In this document: positions 1 to 6,724 of the stretch, piece after piece
Numbering within the stretch: the stretch's first letter is position 1
Layout: every line of letters starts with the position of its first letter
Source of the DNA: a virus
Taxonomy: Duplodnaviria > Heunggongvirae > Uroviricota > Caudoviricetes
Direction: 5' to 3' (one strand)
DNA length: 29,035 bases
Virus record (IMG/VR): IMGVR_UViG_2850778813_000007
The notes under the pieces: generated by a model
Databases searched by the model: none
The model's input: only the letters and a program-made list of their open reading frames with translations
What the model was told of the DNA's origin: nothing
Position numbers and translations under genes: made by a program

Positions 1-333
1 TCAGGGTGCGGAAGGACTAAAGATAAACGTTTTCTTCACGCCTTTACACGGCCTGTCCTTCTCAAATCGCCATTTTGCCATCGCCTTTACAACCTGCTCA
101 TCAAACAGATGGTGCGGCTCTGAACGAATAAACTCAATTCGGGTGACAGTACCATCAGCACCAATATCAAACCTCACATCAACCCGTCCCTTTATATAAT
201 TTGCCGCTGCATAGGCCGGATATTGTGGTAATGCCTTAACCAACTGTCGGGGCATATCTGTTTTATGTTGCGTACAGCCCATAACCAGAGAAGACAACAA
301 AATAATTAACGGAAGGTTTCTTTTCATTTTCAT
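1..333 (-). CDS. Lipoprotein with TonB C-terminal-like domain (prophage accessory gene downstream of lysis cassette)
   Basis: ORF track 1..342; basic N-terminus then hydrophobic stretch ending in lipobox-like LVMGC; remainder matches the TonB_C pattern (PQYP..A.....G.V.V.F.I..DG.V..I.....LFD..V.KAM.KWRF). Start could be GTG 342, ATG 333 or ATG 327. Confidence 0.5.
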   Translation of the reverse strand: MKMKRNLPLIILLSSLVMGCTQHKTDMPRQLVKALPQYPAYAAANYIKGRVDVRFDIGADGTVTRIEFIRSEPHHLFDEQVVKAMAKWRFEKDRPCKGVKKTFIFSPSAP

Positions 334-671
334 TCCCGGCACAGATAAGAATAAGTCTTATTCTAACAATGCCACCCTGTCGGTCATCAATCCTCTGCTT
401 AATGGCAACGACAATTATCCGACTTAAATCACAAATCAGACACATGACATAACAGAGCTTGCGAGGTAACACATCGTCCGGTTTCTTCCACCATCGCACC
501 GGACCAGCGACCATGAGGGGACAACGCCGCGCTCCGTTAACGCGGTAAACCCCGGTGTGTATCGTTTTTGATTATCCCCGCACACTCGCGCAGAGGAGTC
601 TCCCGGTCGGGCTGCGGTCTCTGTTAATGCGGGGATACGGCGACAATACCGCGCATGGTTAATAAGGTCGC

Positions 672-896
672 TCAACACACTGGCTGTAATGCAGCGGATA
701 CCATGCGGCATTTAGCGGCATTCATCGTACACTCAACGGTTAGCTCTTCATTCGTGGCATTCACCTGAAAGGTCCGGGAGTGTAATTGCGTACATTTACC
801 ACTGAACGAACCTTCAACAAGAACACGACCACGCTGCAAAATACGGAACGGAATTGTTCCCTGAAAAGGCTTTACGGTTACCAGTAATTTCTTCAT
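672..896 (-). CDS. Hypothetical 74-aa protein immediately downstream of Rz
   Basis: ORF track 672..914; internal ATG at 896 preceded by GGAG with 5-nt spacer; begins 24 nt after the Rz stop. No recognisable family. Confidence 0.35.
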   Translation of the reverse strand: MKKLLVTVKPFQGTIPFRILQRGRVLVEGSFSGKCTQLHSRTFQVNATNEELTVECTMNAAKCRMVSAALQPVC

Positions 897-919
897 GCAT
901 TCTCCGGATAACAAAAATA

Positions 920-1393
920 CTAGTTAATACACTGAGTGCGGATATATTCCTGCGCCCCTTCCAGTTGCTTCTGCATTGTCATCAACCGCTCTCTGAGGGT
1001 GAAATAATCCCGTTCAGCGGTGTCTGCCAGTCGGGGGCCGGTTGCATTATCCATTCCGGAGGTGCCGGTGGCTTCACGCACGGTACCGGAGCAGGTGGCG
1101 TTGATCCGCAGGCGCTTACGACCAGCGGCAACATCAGCACGCAGAGTTTCATTTTCAGCTCTCGCATCGGCTAATTCCCTTGAGTATCTGGCATCAAGCG
1201 CAGCAACATCACGCTGGCGCTGCTGCATGTCAGTAATGGTTGCGTTTGCCAGCTCCAGCTCTCTGGCTTTTTTATCGCGCTGCGCTTTGTAGGTGATGGC
1301 GTTATCACGGTAATGGTCTGTTGCCAGCCACAGCGCACCACAGACCACCAGCAGAATAACGGTAAACGCGGAAAGCATTCGGTTTATGTTCAC
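920..1393 (-). CDS. Rz: Rz i-spanin (lysis, inner-membrane spanin subunit)
   Basis: 157-aa ORF with N-terminal TM segment and long helical periplasmic part; strong resemblance to lambda Rz (..[64 protein letters not shown]). Start is GTG at 1393 or ATG at 1378. Confidence 0.8.
   Translation of the reverse strand: MNINRMLSAFTVILLVVCGALWLATDHYRDNAITYKAQRDKKARELELANATITDMQQRQRDVAALDARYSRELADARAENETLRADVAAGRKRLRINATCSGTVREATGTSGMDNATGPRLADTAERDYFTLRERLMTMQKQLEGAQEYIRTQCIN
982..1152 (-). CDS. Rz1: Rz1 o-spanin lipoprotein, embedded in the +1 frame of Rz
   Basis: ORF track 982..1167 nested entirely inside Rz; [15 protein letters not shown] signal with lipobox followed by a proline-rich segment, the classic Rz1 architecture. 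Confidence 0.7.
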   Translation of the reverse strand: MKLCVLMLPLVVSACGSTPPAPVPCVKPPAPPEWIMQPAPDWQTPLNGIISPSESG

Positions 1394-1521
1394 CCCAGCA
1401 GCCCCGACGAAGACAACATCATCCAGGCCATGGAAAGAAAAAGAGCAACCAGCATTAGTGAAAATGAAATGCCGACAATTACACAGAGGATCTTCGCCAG
1501 CGTTATGAGTTTGTCTGACAT
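1390..1521 (-). CDS. 43-aa hydrophobic single-TM peptide, translationally coupled to Rz
   Basis: ATG at 1521 preceded by AGGGAGG with 7-nt spacer; product [43 protein letters not shown]; its TGA stop overlaps the Rz GTG start (GTGA). Confidence 0.35.
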   Translation of the reverse strand: MSDKLITLAKILCVIVGISFSLMLVALFLSMAWMMLSSSGLLG

Positions 1522-1535
1522 GCTTAATCCTCCCT

Positions 1536-1718
1536 TCACGATTTCAACGCAATGACCAGTTTTGCCAGCCCATACAGCATCGGGGACACAGCAACACCGA
1601 CCGCCATCCACTTAATGGCAAAAGCCAGTGCTCTGCTGATGTCATCAGTTACAGGCGCTTTCAGTTCAAGGCCGTTTTTCATGGTCAACCTCAACAGAAT
1701 TCGTTTATACTTCGCCAT
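1536..1718 (-). CDS. Hypothetical 60-aa protein between endolysin and Rz
   Basis: ORF track 1536..1751; ATG at 1718 preceded by AAGGGAGAA; C-terminal hydrophobic stretch; stop codon lies inside the SD of the downstream 43-aa peptide gene. Confidence 0.3.
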   Translation of the reverse strand: MAKYKRILLRLTMKNGLELKAPVTDDISRALAFAIKWMAVGVAVSPMLYGLAKLVIALKS

Positions 1719-1751
1719 GTTCTCCCTTGCCTTACTCAAGGTCAGAAACAC

Positions 1752-1785
1752 AAAACCCCGCTTGGTGCCAACAAACGGGGTTTTT
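1752..1785. terminator. Bidirectional rho-independent terminator-like hairpin between endolysin and downstream small genes
   Basis: AAAACCCCG ..15 nt.. CGGGGTTTTT: GC stem flanked by an A-run on one side and a T-run on the other, so a U-tract follows the hairpin on either strand. Confidence 0.45.
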
Positions 1786-1874
1786 ACTTTTATTCACTTA
1801 CGTTTCGCCAGTTCGCAGGATTTCGTGTTATCCGTCCGCGTGCTCATGCCTTATTTTTCAGCAAAATATTCTGC

Positions 1875-2408
1875 TTATCTGTCGATGTCCCAGCACGCCA
1901 GCGCACTTTCCTGGTCTCGCCGGGATACCTGACCGTAGCAATTATTTGAGCGGATACGGCAGTCTCTGCCACCGTCCTTAATCCACCAGCGAATCGCTTC
2001 GCATGCTCCCCTGCGGTCACCAGCATTAATCCGTCTGTAAAACGTCGACGGGAAACACTTACCGGGGCCAATGTTATAGGGACAAAATGACGCGATACCC
2101 GCTTTCTGGGGTTCGGTCAGCGGCACTTTAATATTGCGCTCCACCCATGCCAGCGCCTTATCACGCTCAATGGCGTTGACCTGGTCGCATTTTTCCTTCG
2201 ACAACTTCATGCCCGGGACGACAGGTTTACTATCCACCAGGATGGCACCGCGGCAGATGGTCCAGATACCCGCGCCATCACGGTATGCCGTGGTGTGGTT
2301 ACCTTCCTTTTCATCCAGAAACTGGTCGAGGATTTCAGGCGCAGGCGCACCTGCGGCAATCAGCGCCAGAACGGCAGCCGACAGGCCGTATTTGATTTTG
2401 GTGTTCAT
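1875..2408 (-). CDS. R: Phage endolysin, T4-lysozyme-like fold with N-terminal SAR-type hydrophobic segment
   Basis: 177-aa ORF; N-terminal YGLSAAVLALIAAGAPAPE hydrophobic segment followed by a lysozyme-like catalytic region (EGNHTTAYRDGAGIWTICRGA); sits between holin and Rz. Confidence 0.85.
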   Translation of the reverse strand: MNTKIKYGLSAAVLALIAAGAPAPEILDQFLDEKEGNHTTAYRDGAGIWTICRGAILVDSKPVVPGMKLSKEKCDQVNAIERDKALAWVERNIKVPLTEPQKAGIASFCPYNIGPGKCFPSTFYRRINAGDRRGACEAIRWWIKDGGRDCRIRSNNCYGQVSRRDQESALACWDIDR

Positions 2409-2458
2409 GGATATTTATCAGGGTTTATCGATTTCAAATCCCTGGATATGTTAAGTCT

Positions 2459-2803
2459 TCAGGCCAGCGGTGGAGTCTTCAGAGAACCCGTAATTATTCC
2501 CGGTAGTTTTCCTCTGTAGGTTATCAACACATCCTGCGCCTCTAAAATTACGGGGCGCTTTTCCGGCAACGGACCATCCCCTTCACATAACCCGGCAGCA
2601 ACATCCATGAAAAACTGCTTCGCCTGCTTTTTCGCCTCAGCTTCGTAAAACTCCAGCGTGGCATCTTCAGTACGGTCAAGACTAATCGCCACATCTGGCA
2701 ACAACAGTGACGGATACCCACCAATTTCCAGTGCCACAGTAACAGTAATCTTATTCGGGTAATTATTTATCCCTTTAACAACCAGTTCGTATTTTTTCTT
2801 CAT
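2459..2803 (-). CDS. Hypothetical protein between holin and endolysin (YdfR/DUF1327-like by position)
   Basis: 114-aa ORF starting 4 nt after the holin stop; position matches the essQ-ydfR-rrrQ arrangement of K-12 Qin; sequence similarity not verified. Confidence 0.45.
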   Translation of the reverse strand: MKKKYELVVKGINNYPNKITVTVALEIGGYPSLLLPDVAISLDRTEDATLEFYEAEAKKQAKQFFMDVAAGLCEGDGPLPEKRPVILEAQDVLITYRGKLPGIITGSLKTPPLA

Positions 2804-2807
2804 CGCT

Positions 2808-3023
2808 TTACTCTCCCCGCGCCGCCTTACGACGGTCCTCTCTGATTTTGAAATACAGGTTAGTCAGATATGTCAGCAGCCCAAACAACAGACTCCCCAG
2901 CACGCCTATTGCCGCCCACTGAGACGGGGAAACCCTGTCCAGCAACTGCAGGAACCAGTAGCCCGTTCCCACCGCTGACGTGGTGTATGACACACCTGTT
3001 GTGATTTTTTCCATCTGGTACAT
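2808..3023 (-). CDS. S: Class II holin (S21-like pinholin) with dual-start motif
   Basis: ORF track 2808..3077; ATG at 3023 preceded by GGGAG; product [10 protein letters not shown]...[50 protein letters not shown] closely resembles S21/EssD; Met1/Met4 give the holin/antiholin pair. Confidence 0.8.
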   Translation of the reverse strand: MYQMEKITTGVSYTTSAVGTGYWFLQLLDRVSPSQWAAIGVLGSLLFGLLTYLTNLYFKIREDRRKAARGE

Positions 3024-3099
3024 ACCCCGTCTCCCGCAATCCGGAAGCTCACAACAATATAAAGACCACCGGCACACACCGATGGTCCCTTGCGCATGC

Positions 3100-3327
3100 T
3101 TACATCATCATGTCGCTGTCAGGTGTAGGTTCACCGCCATCTGAAGCACTCCCGTCACCCGCGATACCTTCCGGCTCAGGAACCGCTGCTACGCCCAGCA
3201 GCTCATCCAGAATGGCATCCACTTCTGCATCAAGACGCGACTCAAGATTCTGGCGAAGTTTCTGTTTCAGTGCGCTCCGGACTTCCTTCACTGCCTCTGC
3301 AGTGACCAGGGATGTGATTTCTGACAT
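3100..3327 (-). CDS. Hypothetical acidic 75-aa protein (late region)
   Basis: ORF track 3100..3489; internal ATG at 3327 gives [16 protein letters not shown]... ending in an acidic tail and MMM; the antisense ORF 3110..3343 is low-complexity S/A/P-rich. Confidence 0.4.
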   Translation of the reverse strand: MSEITSLVTAEAVKEVRSALKQKLRQNLESRLDAEVDAILDELLGVAAVPEPEGIAGDGSASDGGEPTPDSDMMM

Positions 3328-3352
3328 GGGATTTTCTCGCTGAAAGGGGTTG

Positions 3353-3535
3353 TTAAGGAGTAACGGGTTCTTCGGGTTTGCTTCCGGCTGACTGACTGGC
3401 GCTGATTTTCTCAGCGGCCCTTTTATCAATCTGCCTGCACCAGAAATCGCGCACAGCCCTGTACCCACCCGAAAGAAGATACAGCACACAGACCGCCGTA
3501 CAGAAGTACAGCATCACCTGATGAATAAATGTCAT
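3353..3535 (-). CDS. Hypothetical 60-aa membrane protein
   Basis: ORF track; hydrophobic N-terminus (VMLYFCTAVCVLYLL); weak RBS. Confidence 0.3.
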   Translation of the reverse strand: MTFIHQVMLYFCTAVCVLYLLSGGYRAVRDFWCRQIDKRAAEKISASQSAGSKPEEPVTP

Positions 3536-3631
3536 AATTTCTTACCGTTATGGTTGACAATGAGAATTGTTTTCATTTAAAAACCAATGTACGAAAGCAT
3601 CTTTTCTTTACATTCTCCATTGGGATTACCT

Positions 3632-3668
3632 CCGCCAGCTTCCATTCCTGCCGCTGGCGGCTTTTTTT
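3632..3668 (+). terminator. Rho-independent terminator oriented on the + strand (against late transcription)
   Basis: CCGCCAGC - 13-nt loop - GCTGGCGG perfect 8-bp stem followed by CTTTTTTT on the + strand. Confidence 0.45.
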
Positions 3669-3673
3669 AGCAA

Positions 3674-5554
3674 TTATGCGGCTGCTCCAGCTTTGTTTGC
3701 TTTAACTTCCACCGTATCAATAAGTACAGGGTAGGTTTCTGCACTACCTGTAATATCCGTAATGACAAACCTGTTGAGTCCATTAGCAGTATTGGCCCAT
3801 TTCACCAGGTCAAACGCCTGTCCATCCACACCATCAAGCACCGGAGTAACATTAATGCTGTTACTGCCCTTAAATTTAAATGCAAGCGTATGCCAGTCAT
3901 GGTCGAATGCGCCAAACGTGCCAAGTTCTTTTTGTTGATTAACTGTATGATGGTATGCAATATTAATACTGGCTTTATCTGTCTGGACAAAGAAAGAACT
4001 CAGATGGCCTTCACCACCCTCACCCGGCCATTCCGCTATTCGCCAGTACAAACCAAAGGCATACTTGTTTCTGGTTGTCTCAAGATTGACGTTTTCGGGG
4101 ATTTTAAACCGGACAGCAATTTCCCCGCCTTTTTCCAGTAAAAGTTTTGCCTTGTCTGCAGCAATATCACAGTACATTGACCAGGATTTCGCGCTGTTAT
4201 TTTTCTCAATTCGCAGAGCTTTATTGCCGCTGTCATCAACCAGTGTGCGTCTGCCATACATACCGTCCCAGCCATAAGGTTTCAGCTGATTGTCTGTAGC
4301 TTTTTTGGCATCGTAAAAAATTACAGACTCTGAGGTGGTAACCGGCCTGTCTGGAACAACCACCCCGGCAGTACCATTAACAAACGCAGAAGACTTACCC
4401 GCGCAGCTCAGAATCGCCGTTGCCAGACGGTCGGAAATAATCCCACGGCGAGCCCATGAACTGAAATGGCTCGCCCTGTCCTGTGACGTCCAGGTGGCTG
4501 AGCTGTCACGCCATTTCGAACCGTAATAACCGATACCCGGAATGTCCGGGTCTTCTTCCGGTTTGTTCGTCGGCACATTCACCCCGTTCTCATCGGTCAT
4601 GAACGGTACGAAATGGATATTCTTTTCCGTTTTATTTTTATAGCTGCCGTACACCGTCTGGTACGTGGATTCGTTCTTCTGCTTCCAGAAATACGTCGTG
4701 TCCCCGCATATCCAGGGAACACCGCCAGCAGAGCCACCGACGCACTGGCCTGCCATATCCGCCAGGTCTGCACGGAATTTATCAACCAGCGCACCAAACT
4801 GTGCGGCATGATTTGCCGGCGTACCGCCAAAATCAAATTCCCCCTGCATCCACACCACGGCAAACAGCACATTTTTCGGGTTCTTCTCCAGTGCCGCTTT
4901 TGTTCGACCGATAAGGTCCTTATACAGCGGCTTGTCCACACCCCAGCGGGTTGAATTCTCCGAGGCACCACTCGCGTCACTGTATGTGCCATCAGCTCCG
5001 GTGGTGAACGCTGAACCACCACGACAGCACGGAACCAGCAGAATGCCCGCATTCGCCGGTATAAACGGCAGCAGTTTTTTGGCGATATGCAGCCCCTGCC
5101 CCACGGTTCCGTACTGCCCCTTTGACAGGTCCGCTTTCGGATGGTTAAGACGGCTCATGTCCTGCACATCATGCAGACAATGGTCCGCCGGAATGATGTC
5201 GTTATATTTGCATGCTGCACCGCCCGGTGTCACCGTACTGCGACGCGCCAGTTGCTTAATACGCGGGTCCGGACGGTCATATGTCCCCGGCAGCGGAAGG
5301 CCTTCACCATACGACATGCCGTTTGACTGCCCTGCCAGAACCACAACAAAGTAATACTCCGGGTTGCTGGTGGCGCTGATTACTGCACCTTCTGCTGCAA
5401 TCGCCTGCATCAGAGTATAAGGGGTTATGGCCACCGGACTACCAAACGGCTGCCAGCCCTCTTTCAGTTTATGTGTCAGCTTTTCCGCAAGATCTGACGG
5501 CGACGCCGCCCTGACAACATCATAGTGTTTAAATGCCATGGTTCTTTCCACCAT
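3674..5554 (-). CDS. nanS-p: NanS-p-type prophage 9-O-acetyl-sialate esterase (DUF1737 N-terminus plus SASA/SGNH esterase domain)
   Basis: 626-aa ORF; VVVLAGQSNGMSYG motif typical of sialate O-acetylesterases; this family sits immediately downstream of stxAB in Stx phages. Start is ATG 5554 or ATG 5539. Confidence 0.8.
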   Translation of the reverse strand: MVERTMAFKHYDVVRAASPSDLAEKLTHKLKEGWQPFGSPVAITPYTLMQAIAAEGAVISATSNPEYYFVVVLAGQSNGMSYGEGLPLPGTYDRPDPRIKQLARRSTVTPGGAACKYNDIIPADHCLHDVQDMSRLNHPKADLSKGQYGTVGQGLHIAKKLLPFIPANAGILLVPCCRGGSAFTTGADGTYSDASGASENSTRWGVDKPLYKDLIGRTKAALEKNPKNVLFAVVWMQGEFDFGGTPANHAAQFGALVDKFRADLADMAGQCVGGSAGGVPWICGDTTYFWKQKNESTYQTVYGSYKNKTEKNIHFVPFMTDENGVNVPTNKPEEDPDIPGIGYYGSKWRDSSATWTSQDRASHFSSWARRGIISDRLATAILSCAGKSSAFVNGTAGVVVPDRPVTTSESVIFYDAKKATDNQLKPYGWDGMYGRRTLVDDSGNKALRIEKNNSAKSWSMYCDIAADKAKLLLEKGGEIAVRFKIPENVNLETTRNKYAFGLYWRIAEWPGEGGEGHLSSFFVQTDKASINIAYHHTVNQQKELGTFGAFDHDWHTLAFKFKGSNSINVTPVLDGVDGQAFDLVKWANTANGLNRFVITDITGSAETYPVLIDTVEVKANKAGAAA

Positions 5555-5799
5555 CTGAAAAATGATTCTTTAAAATACCTGACATGTAATACAGAAAAAA
5601 CACAAAACCATACCTTAAATAAAAACCTCATCATCAAGCAGATATGCATGGATAAACTACAAGACGAGATATAAACCACCCTGCATTTAAATAAACAATA
5701 AACAACATCAGAAAAATAATTCTGCTCTATGGTTTACATTCAAAAATATCATTTATTCTTTTCAGAACATCACCAGCAATGCATAAACAAGGAAACCAA

Positions 5800-6135
5800 A
5801 TGAAGTGGATTGTGATTGATACAGTTATCCAGCCATCATGCGGAATATCTTTTTCAGTCATATGGAGTAAAATAAAATTAATAATCTGGTATCAATCGGA
5901 TGCTTTCTTACCTCCTGAAAGTATATTTACACTGACTCACACAGGCATCATGCTCAATAACAAAGTGCTACCTGTAACCATTTACAACGTAGTACCATTC
6001 AATAAAACATTCTGGAATTTAATCAAAAACAGCCAGGAATGCCCTACAAATACAGATAACGTATTGAATGAATGCTTTAATAACCGTTGCACTCTGCAAA
6101 TATGTCCTTATGGGCTAAAACAACAAAGTCCATAA
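5800..6135 (+). CDS. Hypothetical 112-aa Cys-rich protein in an AT-rich insert at the stx-equivalent locus
   Basis: ORF track 5779..6135; ATG at 5800 preceded by AAGGAAA with 4-nt spacer; a long ORF in a visibly AT-rich segment is unlikely by chance; opposite strand to the late operon; five Cys residues, four of them in the last 25 residues; no signal peptide. Confidence 0.5.
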   Translation: MKWIVIDTVIQPSCGISFSVIWSKIKLIIWYQSDAFLPPESIFTLTHTGIMLNNKVLPVTIYNVVPFNKTFWNLIKNSQECPTNTDNVLNECFNNRCTLQICPYGLKQQSP

Positions 6136-6154
6136 GGAGTTTACTCACATCTGA

Positions 6155-6189
6155 CAAAATCAATATAAACAGCCCCTCCGGAGAGGGGC
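6155..6189 (-). terminator. Terminator-like hairpin just beyond the 3' end of the AT-rich ORF
   Basis: GCCCCTC-CGGA-GAGGGGC 7-bp stem at 6172..6189; on the minus strand it is followed by a U-rich tract (CUGUUUAUAUUGAUUUU). Confidence 0.4.
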
Positions 6190-6386
6190 TGGAGAGTGGC
6201 GCTATGTGCCATTGCATGGTGCCGGGTGCCTCCCGGTGAATTCAGTACCAGCACCTGAATCTGCGATTATCCCATATACCTACTCGCTGATTGCCCCTCC
6301 GCACAGGGGGATTCACCATGCCAGTTTCTTTTAACAAACTCCCCGCAAACCAGACAACAGTCAACCGCCTGAATTGTGAGACATTT

Positions 6387-6410
6387 AAAAAAAAGCCCGC
6401 AAAAGCGAGC
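6387..6410 (-). terminator. Rho-independent terminator after the tRNA array
   Basis: Minus strand reads GCTCGC-TTTT-GCGGGC followed by eight T residues; 6-bp stem with one G-U wobble. Confidence 0.45.
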
Positions 6411-6425
6411 CAGGGAAAATAAGTG

Positions 6426-6502
6426 TGGCGCGTTCTACTGTATTCGAACCAGTGACCGATTGCTTAGAAGGCAATTGCTCTGTCCGGCTGAGCTAACAAC
6501 GC
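6426..6502 (-). tRNA. argO: tRNA-Arg (anticodon UCU), argO-like
   Basis: Manual fold: acceptor GCGTTGT, D-arm GCTC/GAGC, anticodon loop CTTCTAA, T-loop TTCGAAT, 3' GCCA encoded. One acceptor mismatch and a non-canonical 53-61 pair in my fold. Confidence 0.65.
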
Positions 6503-6518
6503 AGGATACAGATAATGA

Positions 6519-6592
6519 ACCGCCTTCGGGGACCCGAACTCCGCGCAACCAGCTTCGAAGGCTGGCGCTCTTTCCTGATGAGCTAATGGCGG
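6519..6592 (-). tRNA. argN: tRNA-Arg (anticodon UCG), argN-like; possibly imperfect
   Basis: Manual fold: D-arm TAGCTC..GAGC, anticodon stem CCAGC/GCTGG with loop CTTCGAA; acceptor and T stems each carry one mismatch and position 1 is C. Confidence 0.5.
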
Positions 6593-6602
6593 TATGTGAT
6601 AG

Positions 6603-6675
6603 TGGCCCTTGCTGGATTTGAACCAGCGACCTGGCGATTATGAGTCGCTCGCTCTCACCACTGAGCTAAAGGGCC
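6603..6675 (-). tRNA. ileZ: tRNA-Ile2 (anticodon CAU, lysidine type), ileZ/ileX-like
   Basis: Sequence GGCCCTTTAGCTCAGTGGTGAGAGCGAGCGACTCATAATCGCCAGGTCGCTGGTTCAAATCCAGCAAGGGCCA folds canonically and closely matches E. coli ileX; CCA not encoded. Confidence 0.8.
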
Positions 6676-6724
6676 GGGAGCAGAATAATAATGGTGCGTA
6701 ATTAATTCTGCAATCTCATCCGTT

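Noticed and set aside
436-711. 91-aa minus-strand ORF in the gap downstream of the lysis cassette
   Set aside because: Product is Arg/Cys-rich and not protein-like, has no RBS, and overlaps the nested inverted repeat; more likely a chance ORF in GC-rich non-coding DNA.
854-1292. Plus-strand ORFs 854..1174 and 1020..1292 opposite Rz/Rz1
   Set aside because: Antisense to a well-supported Rz gene; products are low-complexity S/A/G-rich read-through.
3802-5354. Several 60-150-aa ORFs on both strands inside the nanS-p gene
   Set aside because: All are nested within or antisense to the 626-aa esterase ORF, which has clear family motifs; no independent start signals.
5555-6420. Shiga toxin genes stxA/stxB at the canonical position
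   Set aside because: No ORF of the right size, strand or character is present; the only ORF is on the opposite strand, AT-rich, and lacks a signal peptide.
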